Assembly: GCA_037142615.1 (NCBI GenBank)
Contig: JBAXAI010000050.1
Coordinates: 1-24,454 of the forward strand
DNA length: 24,454 bases
Origin: Spirochaetales bacterium
GTDB taxonomy: Bacteria > Spirochaetota > Spirochaetia > JABEVK01
Direction: 5' to 3'
The notes below the pieces were generated by a model. It was given only the letters and a program-made list of their open reading frames with translations, searched no databases and was not told where the DNA came from. A program made the position numbers and the translations under genes. Positions 1 to 8,117 of this stretch are shown here, in pieces. The number at the start of each line of letters is the position of its first letter. The first letter of the stretch is position 1.

Positions 1-184
1 TGGCCTTTTTTATGGAGCGAGGGGCAGGCGCCCCTTTTCCCGTTCACCTTGTACGAAAAGGCGCAAGCAAGACCGCCTTCGTCCCCGTCTGCACGGGAAA
101 GGTACTCCCCGCGTTGTTTTTCCAGCAGCAGGACCTCTTGGACTTCGGTCCTCTTCGGCATCGCCTGCGTGCTCGGGGACTTGT

Positions 185-2062
185 TCAGGATCGGCTGGCC
201 AACCACTTCCGATATTCCTCCAGCGGCATGGGCTTGGCGTACAGCCAGCCTTGCCCGTAGGTGCACCCGGTTCGGTTCAAGTAGTCGGCCTGGGCCGAGG
301 TCTCCACGCCCTCGGCCGTGATGTCGAGGTTGAGCGCACGTGCCATCGAGATGACGGCCTCGACGATGCGGTGCTTGGCCGTGGTGCCCGCCTTGGCGGT
401 GTCTTCCAGCGGACGGATGAAACTCTGGTCGATCTTGAGGTTGTTCACCCGCAGCCGCGTCAGGTAGCTCAGGCTGGAATAGCCGGTGCCGAAGTCGTCG
501 ATGGCCAAGCGGTGGCCCCGGTTGCGTAGCCGTTCCAGAACGTCCTGGATGGTGGCGTCGTCGTCCATCAGCACGCCTTCGGTGATTTCGAACTCGATGT
601 GACGAGCCTCCAGCCCGTGGGCAGCCAACTGCTCGTCGATGTAGCCCAAAAGGTGAGGGTCGGCCAGGTCAAGCGGCGACAGATTGATGGCGTGAACCAG
701 AGCTTGGTCCAGCTGCGAAATCTCGTGAAAACTTTGCTGGAGCACCCAGTTGGTGATTTCGCGGATAGTTCCCGTCGCTTCGGCCAACGGAATGAACACA
801 TCGGGCCCCACCGCGCCCGTGCGCCCGCTGGTCCAGCGCAGCAGCACCTCGGCGCCCTGGCAGGTGTTCGTCCTCAGGTTGAGCTTCGGGTGATACACCA
901 ACGTGAACTCCTGGCGCGAAATGGCTTGCCGCAGTTCCTCGGCCAAGCGGTAGCGGTACTGGTCTTCCTCGGCGTGCTGGGGGTCGAAGAACATCACCTG
1001 ACCCGGCGGTACGCCTTCCGCATGGCCCAACGTCGTCAGCAAATTGGCCAGCAGTTTCTGCTCGTTGTCGCCGTCCTGCGGATACCGGGTCACGGCCACT
1101 TCGCAGGGCAGGGTGACCGGCAAGCCTCCCACGTGGTAGGGCTGGGTCAGAAAATTGTGCAACAGGACTCCCAGTTGGGTCAGTTGGGCCGGGTCGGCTT
1201 CCCGCGTGGCGACCAGAAACATGGTGCCCGAGTAACGTCCCACCAGCGTTCCCGTAGGCACCTGCTTCAGCCGTCCGCCCATTTCGCGCATCACCTCATC
1301 GGCGCGCAGGCTGCCCTGGGTTGAGTTGACCTGCGTGAAGTTTTGGATCTTGAACGCAATCAAGCTGAGGTGCCCGTGGTGCAACCGGGCTTGGCGCAGG
1401 CTTTCGGCAAGGAACTCCTGGATGCGAACCCGGCTTGCCAGGCCGCTGACCGGATCAACGTAGGCCAGCCTCGCCAGGTTGCGCACCAGAAAATGCTGGT
1501 AGACCACAGCCGCGATTCCCAGGGCGGTGGCGATGAACAGCACCGTCAGGAACCGGTTCGACAGGTCAGGCGAGTTGAAGATCGACAACGGCGAAAAGTG
1601 GCCCAGCGGCAGGCGGATGAGCGTACCGATCAGCAGAATGAGAGGAATCAGCACCCCGCCCCTCAGTCCCAGCGCGAAAAAAATGACCGAATACCCCGAG
1701 ACGATGTAGAGCGAACCCATGCCCCATTGTCCGCCGGCATCGACCACGAGCTGGATGGTGATGACCAATACCGCCAGCGAGTAGAAGAAGCGTGGCAACT
1801 TGAGCCGCCGTGTCACCCAAAAGGAGACCAAACCGGCCAACAGCAGGGCCGAGAACAACGCTTCGCCCACAACCGCGCCGTAGCTTCCCGCATTCCAGTC
1901 GATGGCCATGTTGAAGGGAACACCCATGGCGGCCACCGCAGCCACCACGTAGAGGGCGGCGACCATGACCTGCGATTGCAGGGGAATCGTATTGGGCTCG
2001 GACCTCACTTCAAACAAGAAAGCGAGAAGCCGGTTGCGGATGGTCTCGAGCACAGAGCTCAC
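185..2062 (-). CDS. Membrane-anchored c-di-GMP phosphodiesterase (N-terminal TM helices, degenerate GGDEF, intact EAL)
   Basis: 3' part of the 185..4342 ORF. Hydrophobic N-terminal helices. GGDEF-like domain with YSGTMF in place of GGDEF. EAL motifs GAEVLLRW, FEITE, IDDFGTGYSSLSYL, LKIDQSF, AEGVET, QGW. Start is uncertain: GTG at 2062 is preferred (GAGGGA upstream, downstream of the predicted promoter); ATG at 2086 is the alternative. Confidence 0.9.
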   Translation of the reverse strand: MSSVLETIRNRLLAFLFEVRSEPNTIPLQSQVMVAALYVVAAVAAMGVPFNMAIDWNAGSYGAVVGEALFSALLLAGLVSFWVTRRLKLPRFFYSLAVLVITIQLVVDAGGQWGMGSLYIVSGYSVIFFALGLRGGVLIPLILLIGTLIRLPLGHFSPLSIFNSPDLSNRFLTVLFIATALGIAAVVYQHFLVRNLARLAYVDPVSGLASRVRIQEFLAESLRQARLHHGHLSLIAFKIQNFTQVNSTQGSLRADEVMREMGGRLKQVPTGTLVGRYSGTMFLVATREADPAQLTQLGVLLHNFLTQPYHVGGLPVTLPCEVAVTRYPQDGDNEQKLLANLLTTLGHAEGVPPGQVMFFDPQHAEEDQYRYRLAEELRQAISRQEFTLVYHPKLNLRTNTCQGAEVLLRWTSGRTGAVGPDVFIPLAEATGTIREITNWVLQQSFHEISQLDQALVHAINLSPLDLADPHLLGYIDEQLAAHGLEARHIEFEITEGVLMDDDATIQDVLERLRNRGHRLAIDDFGTGYSSLSYLTRLRVNNLKIDQSFIRPLEDTAKAGTTAKHRIVEAVISMARALNLDITAEGVETSAQADYLNRTGCTYGQGWLYAKPMPLEEYRKWLASRS

Positions 2063-2084
2063 TTTCGTTGGGTCCCTCAACGCC

Positions 2085-2113
2085 ATTCTCGGTCCCGCTA
2101 TCCGGAATGTCAA
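2085..2113 (-). promoter_or_regulatory. Putative sigma70 promoter for the EAL gene
   Basis: Minus strand reads TTGACA (2113-2108) - 17 bp - GAGAAT (2090-2085). Confidence 0.5.
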
Positions 2114-2137
2114 ACCTCGCCATCCGGTGAGGGGGTT

Positions 2138-2166
2138 TTGACTTTTGGCCGAGTTCTTCTTACTTT
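2138..2166 (+). promoter_or_regulatory. Putative sigma70 promoter for lon
   Basis: TTGACT (2138-2143) - 17 bp - TACTTT (2161-2166), followed by AGGTAGGA RBS-like sequence and ATG 2186. Confidence 0.55.
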
Positions 2167-2185
2167 TTTGCTCAGGTAGGACACC

Positions 2186-4546
2186 ATGAAAGATTACCGC
2201 GTCGCCGACCGCCACGGCCCCGTGCTCGCCCTCGAAGGCCAGATTCTGTTTCCGCTCGCCACTGTGGTGCTGCGCATCCGCAAAGACGGCGCCGAACGTC
2301 TGCTGCACGCCGCAACCGCCAACAACAGTCTCGTGGTCGTCCTGCAAAAAAAGCCCGACGGAGAGTTTCACCGAACGGGCACGCTCGCCGAAATCGAGTC
2401 CTCGCGAGCCAGCGGCTCGGGCTTCGACGTCACCGTGAGGGGTCTGGCCAAGATCTTGGTTGAGAACCTGCGCGACGAGGGCCCCTTGCCCACCGCCTCG
2501 TACGACTTTGACGACGAAGAGGCCGACCTCGACGAAGCCACCGGCCAGGTGCTGCTGGCCAACATCAAGTCCATCTCGGCCGAGATTCTGGGCATGATCG
2601 AGGGCGGCGAAAACATGCAGAAGATGCTCGACGCGTTCGACGACCCGGCCCGCATGATGGCGTTCTGCCTGCAGAACATGCCGCTCCCGGCCGCCGAAAA
2701 ACAGCTCTACCTCGAGATTGGCAGCCTCAAGGCGCGGGGTCTCAAAATTCTCGACCTTTTGAGCAAACAAAAGGAGAGTCTGCGCATCCAGATCGAAATG
2801 AACTCCAAAATTACCGACCAGGCCGGCAAGACCCACCGCGAGAATATCCTCCGCGAGCAGCTCAAGAGCATCAAAGAGGAACTCGGTGAGGGCAAGGCCG
2901 GCTCGGGGGCCGCCAAAGACTACCGCGAGAAGATCGGCAACGCCGGAATGCCGGCCAAGGTGAAGGAAGCCGCGCTCGAGGAACTCGACAAACTCGACGG
3001 CATGGGCGGCAGCAACCCCGAGGCCAACGTGGTGCGCAACTACCTCGACCTGCTGCTCAGTCTGCCTTGGGCTGACCCCGTGAACGAGTCCATTGACCTG
3101 ACCCAGGCTCGGGCTGTGCTCGACGCCGACCACTACGGCTTGGGCAAGGTCAAAGACCTCATCATCCAGCACTTGGCCGTGATGAAGCTGAAAAAAGACA
3201 AGCGCGGAACGGTACTGCTGCTGGTGGGACCCCCGGGAGTCGGCAAGACCAGTCTGGGCCAGTCCATCGCCCGCGCCATGGGGCGCGAGTTCGTGCGCGC
3301 CAGCTTGGGCGGTGTGCGCGACGACGCTGAAATCCGCGGTCACCGGCGCACCTACCTGGGGGCTCTCCCCGGGCGTATTTTGCAGTCCATGAAGAAGCTC
3401 AAGGCCCGCAATCCGGTCTTCTTGCTCGACGAGGTCGACAAAATGGTGAAGGGCTGGAATGGCGACCCGGCCAGCGCGCTGCTCGAAGTGCTCGACCCTG
3501 AACAGAACGATACCTTTCAGGACCACTACCTCGACTTGCCGTATAACTTGGCCGACGTGTTCTTCATTGCCACGGCCAACAGCACCGAGGGCATTCCGCA
3601 GCCACTGCTCGACCGCATGGAAGTCATTACGCTGTCGGGCTATACCGAGACCGAGAAGTTCCACATCGCCAAGGGCTACCTCGTGCCCAAGCAGCTCGAA
3701 CTGCACGGCCTGACAGGAAAATTGGTTGTGGAAGACGCGGCCCTGCAAGAACTGGCCGGCAGTTGGACCCGCGAGGCTGGGGTTCGCGACCTGCAGCGCA
3801 AAATCATGATGCTCTGCCGGGTCAACGCCGAAAAAGTTGTCAACGCGGCGGCCGACGAACTTCCTGTGGTGGTGCGCCCTGAGGCTCTCGAGGCGCTGAT
3901 GGGCAACAAACCCTTCCACCACGAGGTCGCCGAGAGCGCCCAGCCGCCGGGGGTTGCCACCGGCCTCGCCTGGACTCCCGTTGGTGGCGACATTCTGTTC
4001 ATCGAAGCGGTGGCCATGCCGGGCTCGGGTCAGCTCATCCTGACCGGTCAACTGGGCGATGTGATGAAGGAAAGTGCCCGCATCGCGCTGAGCTTGGTAC
4101 GCAGCCAGTTGGGCGTGCTCGCCTCGGCGTGGGACTTCAAAGCCACCGACCTGCACATCCACGTTCCCTCGGGCAGCATTCCCAAGGACGGTCCGTCGGC
4201 GGGCACCGCCCTGTTCACCACCATCGCCAGCCTGGTGCTCGGTCGCAGCGTCGACAGCCAACTCGCCATGACCGGCGAAGTGACCCTTCGGGGTGCGGTC
4301 ACGCCGGTGGGCGGCATCAAGGAGAAGCTCATCGCGGCGCACCGGGCCGGTATCAAGCGCATCCTGTTGCCGAAGTTCAACGAACGCGATCTGAAGGACC
4401 TTCCTGCCGAGGTACGGGCCGAGCTCGACATCACGTTGGTCGAAAAGGTGAGCGAGGTGCTCAAGCTGGTGTTCGGCATCGCGGGGGCTGATCTGACGGG
4501 GGTTGTGCCACCGTCACCGGTGACGCTGCCTCAGGGTCTGGCCTGA
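2186..4546 (+). CDS. lon: ATP-dependent endopeptidase La (LonA)
   Basis: Walker A GPPGVGKTS, GHRRTYLGALPG, Walker B LLDEVDK, DPASALLEVLDPEQN, catalytic Ser motif PKDGPSAG and VGGIKEK Lys; 786 aa. Confidence 0.97.
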   Translation: MKDYRVADRHGPVLALEGQILFPLATVVLRIRKDGAERLLHAATANNSLVVVLQKKPDGEFHRTGTLAEIESSRASGSGFDVTVRGLAKILVENLRDEGPLPTASYDFDDEEADLDEATGQVLLANIKSISAEILGMIEGGENMQKMLDAFDDPARMMAFCLQNMPLPAAEKQLYLEIGSLKARGLKILDLLSKQKESLRIQIEMNSKITDQAGKTHRENILREQLKSIKEELGEGKAGSGAAKDYREKIGNAGMPAKVKEAALEELDKLDGMGGSNPEANVVRNYLDLLLSLPWADPVNESIDLTQARAVLDADHYGLGKVKDLIIQHLAVMKLKKDKRGTVLLLVGPPGVGKTSLGQSIARAMGREFVRASLGGVRDDAEIRGHRRTYLGALPGRILQSMKKLKARNPVFLLDEVDKMVKGWNGDPASALLEVLDPEQNDTFQDHYLDLPYNLADVFFIATANSTEGIPQPLLDRMEVITLSGYTETEKFHIAKGYLVPKQLELHGLTGKLVVEDAALQELAGSWTREAGVRDLQRKIMMLCRVNAEKVVNAAADELPVVVRPEALEALMGNKPFHHEVAESAQPPGVATGLAWTPVGGDILFIEAVAMPGSGQLILTGQLGDVMKESARIALSLVRSQLGVLASAWDFKATDLHIHVPSGSIPKDGPSAGTALFTTIASLVLGRSVDSQLAMTGEVTLRGAVTPVGGIKEKLIAAHRAGIKRILLPKFNERDLKDLPAEVRAELDITLVEKVSEVLKLVFGIAGADLTGVVPPSPVTLPQGLA

Positions 4547-4590
4547 GCCGCCGGGTCGTTTCGGTCCGGGTGGCGTTCCCCTTGGGAGCG

Positions 4591-4599
4591 TGCTAGACT
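4591..4599 (+). promoter_or_regulatory. Extended -10 element (TGCTAGACT) 6 nt before ATG; probable leaderless promoter
   Basis: TGn-TAGACT-GGACGG-ATG(4606). Confidence 0.5.
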
Positions 4600-4605
4600 G
4601 GACGG

Positions 4606-5952
4606 ATGAGTCCTTCCAGCGCCGCAACCCTGCGTACCGATGCCCTGGCGATTTTCCAGGCCGCCCTTGACCGTGTCGAGCCTCGCCAACTCGTCAGTCA
4701 GCTCCTGAGTCTCGAAACGCGCGACGGGCAAGAGATGCTGGTGGTGCGCACCGAGCACCGGGAGCACTACTACCCGCTGGCGCGCTACCACACGTTGCTG
4801 GTCACCGGTTATGGAAAGGCCAGTCCGGCCATGGCCCAGGGGCTGGTCGATCTTTTGGGCGACCGCATTCAGGGGGGGCTCGTTGTCACCAAAACCGGGC
4901 ATTCCCGCCCGCTGGGCAACATCCGCGTGCTTGAGGCCTCGCACCCGGTGCCCGATGCCTCGAGCGAGCACGCGGCCCTCGAACTGATGGCCTTTGCCGA
5001 GGCCCAGACGGCAGGCACCTTGGTGCTCAATTGCGTCTCGGGCGGGGGGTCGGCCTTGTTGTGTGCCCCCGCTTTCGGCCTCACCTTGGCCGACAAACGG
5101 CTCGTGAATCAGCTGCTCCTGGCCTCGGGGGCTCCCATTACCGCCGTGAACACCGTCCGCAAGCACTTGTCGTTGGTCAAGGGCGGTCGCTTGGCCGCGT
5201 CGTTCTACCCGGCCACGGTGGTCAATCTGGTGCTTTCCGACGTGATGGGCGACGAAATGGCCACGGTCGGCTCGGGGCCCACCGTGCATGATCCGACGAC
5301 CTGGGCCGAAGCCCGCACCATCGTCCGCCGGTACCGGCTCGAAAGCAAAGTGCCACGCAAAGTGCTCGAGGTGCTCGACGCCGGTGAGGCTGTCCGCTTG
5401 CCTGAGACCCCCAAGTCGGCCCACCCGGCCTTCACTCTGTGTGACAATGTGCTGGCGGGGAGCAACGGCATGGCCCTGGCCGCCGCTGAAGCCCAAGCCA
5501 AGGCTCTGGGTTACGACACGACCATCCTGTCGACCGACCTCGACGGCGAGGCACGCGACGCGGCTCTGGTGTTCGCGCGGTGCGTCATCGAGCGCAAACC
5601 CGGCCGCCGCGCCTATTTGGCGGGGGGTGAAACCACCGTGACAGTCACCGGCACCGGCAAAGGCGGGCGCAACCAGGAAATGGCTGTGGGTTTCGCCAAG
5701 CTCTTGGGAAGCGTGAGCCTGGGACTCGGCGATGGAGTCTTTTTGTCGGGAGCCACCGATGGCGGCGATGGTCCCACCGATGCGGCCGGAGGCTTGGTCG
5801 ATCAGGCCGTGCTGACCGCGCTCGGTCCTTTGGCCGAAGAGGCCCTGGACGATAACGACTGCTACCACGCGCTCGAAGAGGCGGGAGGCCTGCTCAAGAC
5901 GGGTCCCACCGGCACCAACGTCTGCGACATCCAGATCCTGCTGCTAGGCTGA
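4606..5952 (+). CDS. Glycerate kinase type 2 (GckA/TtuD-like; DUF4147 + MOFRL)
   Basis: GYGKAS, EASHPVPD, SGGGSAL, VRKHLSLVKGG, SDVMGD..GSGPT, GGETTV, GGRNQE, TDGGDGPTDAAGG, TGPTGTNVCD motifs. Confidence 0.93.
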   Translation: MSPSSAATLRTDALAIFQAALDRVEPRQLVSQLLSLETRDGQEMLVVRTEHREHYYPLARYHTLLVTGYGKASPAMAQGLVDLLGDRIQGGLVVTKTGHSRPLGNIRVLEASHPVPDASSEHAALELMAFAEAQTAGTLVLNCVSGGGSALLCAPAFGLTLADKRLVNQLLLASGAPITAVNTVRKHLSLVKGGRLAASFYPATVVNLVLSDVMGDEMATVGSGPTVHDPTTWAEARTIVRRYRLESKVPRKVLEVLDAGEAVRLPETPKSAHPAFTLCDNVLAGSNGMALAAAEAQAKALGYDTTILSTDLDGEARDAALVFARCVIERKPGRRAYLAGGETTVTVTGTGKGGRNQEMAVGFAKLLGSVSLGLGDGVFLSGATDGGDGPTDAAGGLVDQAVLTALGPLAEEALDDNDCYHALEEAGGLLKTGPTGTNVCDIQILLLG

Positions 5953-5968
5953 CCGCAGTAGCCGCGCG

Positions 5969-6820
5969 TCAGGCCCCTCTGAACCCCTTCCCGATGATTT
6001 CGCTGGTGGTCGTGATCGTGATGAACGCCTTGGGGTCGATCTCCTTTACTTTGGCACGGATCCCGAAGGCCTGCCGGCGGCCCACCACCGAGTGGATGAC
6101 CTTCCATTCGGTGCCGCTGTAGGCCCCGACGGCGGGGTAGATGGTCGCGCCGCGTCCCAGGTCCTTCAGGATGTAGTCCAAAATAGGCTGAGGCGTCGCC
6201 GAGATAATCTCCAGCTTCTTGTGAACGTTGAGGCTTTCGATCACCAGGTCGATGATGAATGCCTTGAGCACCAACCCCAGCACCGAGTACATGCCGGTTT
6301 TGGCCCCGAACACCAACAGCGACGAGGCCGCGATCACAAAATCGCTGATCAGCAGCGCTTGCCCTGTGTTGATATGCGTCTTCGTATTGAGGATTTTGGC
6401 CACAATGTCGGTGCCGCCCGTCGAGGCCCCGAGGTTGAACACCAGGCCCGAGCCGACGGCCGGAAGCGAAATGGCGAAGATCAGCTCAAGCAGCGCGTCG
6501 TTGGTCAGCGGAGCCGGGATATGCCACAGGGCGTCGAGCAGCCACACCATGCCCGAAAGCGCGAAGCTCGCGTAAATGGTTTTCCAGCCGAAACCGAACC
6601 CCAGGAAGGCGAAGCCCAGACCCACGAGCAACAGGTTCAGGCCTGTCATCACCGGCCCGACCTCGAACCCGGGGAACAACTGCGCCGCGAGAATGGAAAG
6701 GCCGCTGACACCCCCCGTTACAAAATGGTTGGGGATCTTGAACAGATAAATGCCCAGTGCCACGAGGAATAGACCGGCATTGAGCAGAACGAAGTCGATA
6801 AAGGGGTTTTTCCGAGCCAT
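5969..6820 (-). CDS. YitT family membrane protein with C-terminal DUF2179 (PII-like) domain
   Basis: Starts MARKNPF at ATG 6820, 283 aa. GGVSG and ASTGGTDI motifs, multiple TM helices, RGAT..GAYS and DPKAFI..GKGF C-terminus. Confidence 0.92.
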   Translation of the reverse strand: MARKNPFIDFVLLNAGLFLVALGIYLFKIPNHFVTGGVSGLSILAAQLFPGFEVGPVMTGLNLLLVGLGFAFLGFGFGWKTIYASFALSGMVWLLDALWHIPAPLTNDALLELIFAISLPAVGSGLVFNLGASTGGTDIVAKILNTKTHINTGQALLISDFVIAASSLLVFGAKTGMYSVLGLVLKAFIIDLVIESLNVHKKLEIISATPQPILDYILKDLGRGATIYPAVGAYSGTEWKVIHSVVGRRQAFGIRAKVKEIDPKAFITITTTSEIIGKGFRGA

Positions 6821-6834
6821 TGCGCAGTCTACCG

Positions 6835-6864
6835 TGGACGTCACGAGCTCGGGAACCCTACAAT
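6835..6864 (+). promoter_or_regulatory. Putative sigma70 promoter for the GNAT-ppk2 operon
   Basis: TGGACG - 18 bp - TACAAT (6859-6864), then AGGAGG RBS before ATG 6881. Confidence 0.45.
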
Positions 6865-6880
6865 AGAACAGGAGGTTGTC

Positions 6881-7312
6881 ATGCTCATCCGAGAACTGCT
6901 GACCGAGGGCGATTTGACGCGGGCCTTCCCCGTGGTGAAGGAACTCAGGCCGCTTCTCACGCTCGGGGTGTTGTTGTCGGCGTTTCCTGTGCAGCGGGCC
7001 GAGGGTTACCGTCTGTTCGCCGCCGAAGCGGGCGGCGAAGTGACCGCCGTGATCGGCTGGCGTGTCCAAACCTACCTTCACTCGGGCAAAACCCTGTACG
7101 TGGATGACCTTGTCACCGCGACGGCTCATCGCGGCAAAGGCTATGCGCGAGCCCTTCTCGACCACGCCGAGGCCGCCGCGCGCGAGGCCGGTTGCCGCAG
7201 TTTCAGCCTCGACTCGGGGCATCAGCGCTTTGACGCCCACCGCGTGTATCTCAATTCCGGGTTGAGAATCGTCAGCCACCATTTCGCAAAAGACCTGGAG
7301 GGAACGCCATGA
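6881..7312 (+). CDS. GNAT family N-acetyltransferase
   Basis: YVDDLVT..HRGKGYA acetyl-CoA-binding motif A, LDSG..R..AHRVY..G; strong AGGAGG RBS. Confidence 0.92.
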   Translation: MLIRELLTEGDLTRAFPVVKELRPLLTLGVLLSAFPVQRAEGYRLFAAEAGGEVTAVIGWRVQTYLHSGKTLYVDDLVTATAHRGKGYARALLDHAEAAAREAGCRSFSLDSGHQRFDAHRVYLNSGLRIVSHHFAKDLEGTP

Positions 7313-8109
7313 AAGAAAAATCTGTTCTGACGAAGGTAGAGTACGAAGACGAGCTCGAACGCTTGACCGTCGAACTGGTCAAGCTTCAGGAGTGGGTGAA
7401 GCACGAGGGCCTTCGTGTTGTCGTGCTGTTTGAAGGGCGCGACGCGGCCGGCAAGGGCGGCGTCATCAAAGCCATCACCGAGGGGCTCAACCCCCGGCAA
7501 GCCCGTATCGCCGCGTTGGGCGTTCCCACCGAGCGCGAGAAGACCCAGTGGTTCTTCCAGCGCTACGTGGCCCACCTGCCCGCCGCCGGCGAAATCGTGT
7601 TGTTCGACCGCTCGTGGTACAACCGCGCCGGTGTCGAACGGGTCATGGGCTTCTGCACCGAAGCCGAATACGAAGAGTTCCGTCAGTCGGCCCCCGAGTT
7701 CGAAAAGATGCTCCAGCGAAGTGGCATCATCCTGATCAAGTACTGGTTCTCGGTCAGCGACGACGTCGAGGAACAACGGTTCAAGGACCGCCTGAAAAAC
7801 CCCGCCAAACGTTGGAAGCTCAGCCCGATGGACATGACGGCCCGCACCAAGTGGGTCGATTATTCCAAGGCCAAAGACGCGATGTTTGCCTTCAGCGACA
7901 CCAAGCACAGCCCGTGGTACGTGGTCGATGCCGACGACAAGCGGGCTGCCCGGCTCAACACGATTGTGCACCTGCTCGGTCAGATCACCTACGAAGACCT
8001 GACTCCACCTGAAATTACCATTCCAGAGCGCCAAAAGGTGAAGGGCTACAAGCGGCCCCCCATCGACAAGCAGAACTGGATCCCGCGCGTGTACCCGGTC
8101 AAAAAGTAG
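7309..8109 (+). CDS. ppk2: Polyphosphate kinase 2 (single domain, class I-like)
   Basis: FEGRDAAGKGG Walker A, FDRSWYNR Walker B, KRWKLSPMD lid region, SPWYVV.ADDKR.ARLN; ATGA overlap with the GNAT stop. Confidence 0.95.
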   Translation: MKEKSVLTKVEYEDELERLTVELVKLQEWVKHEGLRVVVLFEGRDAAGKGGVIKAITEGLNPRQARIAALGVPTEREKTQWFFQRYVAHLPAAGEIVLFDRSWYNRAGVERVMGFCTEAEYEEFRQSAPEFEKMLQRSGIILIKYWFSVSDDVEEQRFKDRLKNPAKRWKLSPMDMTARTKWVDYSKAKDAMFAFSDTKHSPWYVVDADDKRAARLNTIVHLLGQITYEDLTPPEITIPERQKVKGYKRPPIDKQNWIPRVYPVKK

Positions 8110-8117
8110 ACCTCGGC

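Noticed and set aside
1-184. Small minus-strand ORF from ATG 161 (MPKRTEV...) and hairpin GGGGC-AGGC-GCCCC-TTTT at 21-38
   Set aside because: No RBS or recognisable motif, and the frame runs off the window. The hairpin is only 5-6 bp, and TGGCCTTTTTT at 1-11 may be a truncated terminator arm. Context is insufficient.
2105-2145. c-di-GMP riboswitch, RNA thermometer or CIRCE element before lon/EAL
   Set aside because: No GEMM GNRA/receptor motif and no TTAGCACTC-N9-GAGTGCTAA. The symmetry is largely explained by two opposed -35 boxes and lies upstream of both predicted TSSs.
185-4342. 1385-aa minus-strand ORF as a giant fusion protein
   Set aside because: Its first ~750 codons are the antisense shadow of lon plus intergenic DNA. 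Only 185..~2062 has domain motifs, its own promoter and an RBS.
4547-4574. GC hairpin after lon as an intrinsic terminator
   Set aside because: Several G-U pairs, a bulge and no U tract; plausible by chance at this GC content.
5969-7282. 437-aa version of YitT
   Set aside because: The extension is antisense to the GNAT gene; the family-like sequence begins at ATG 6820.
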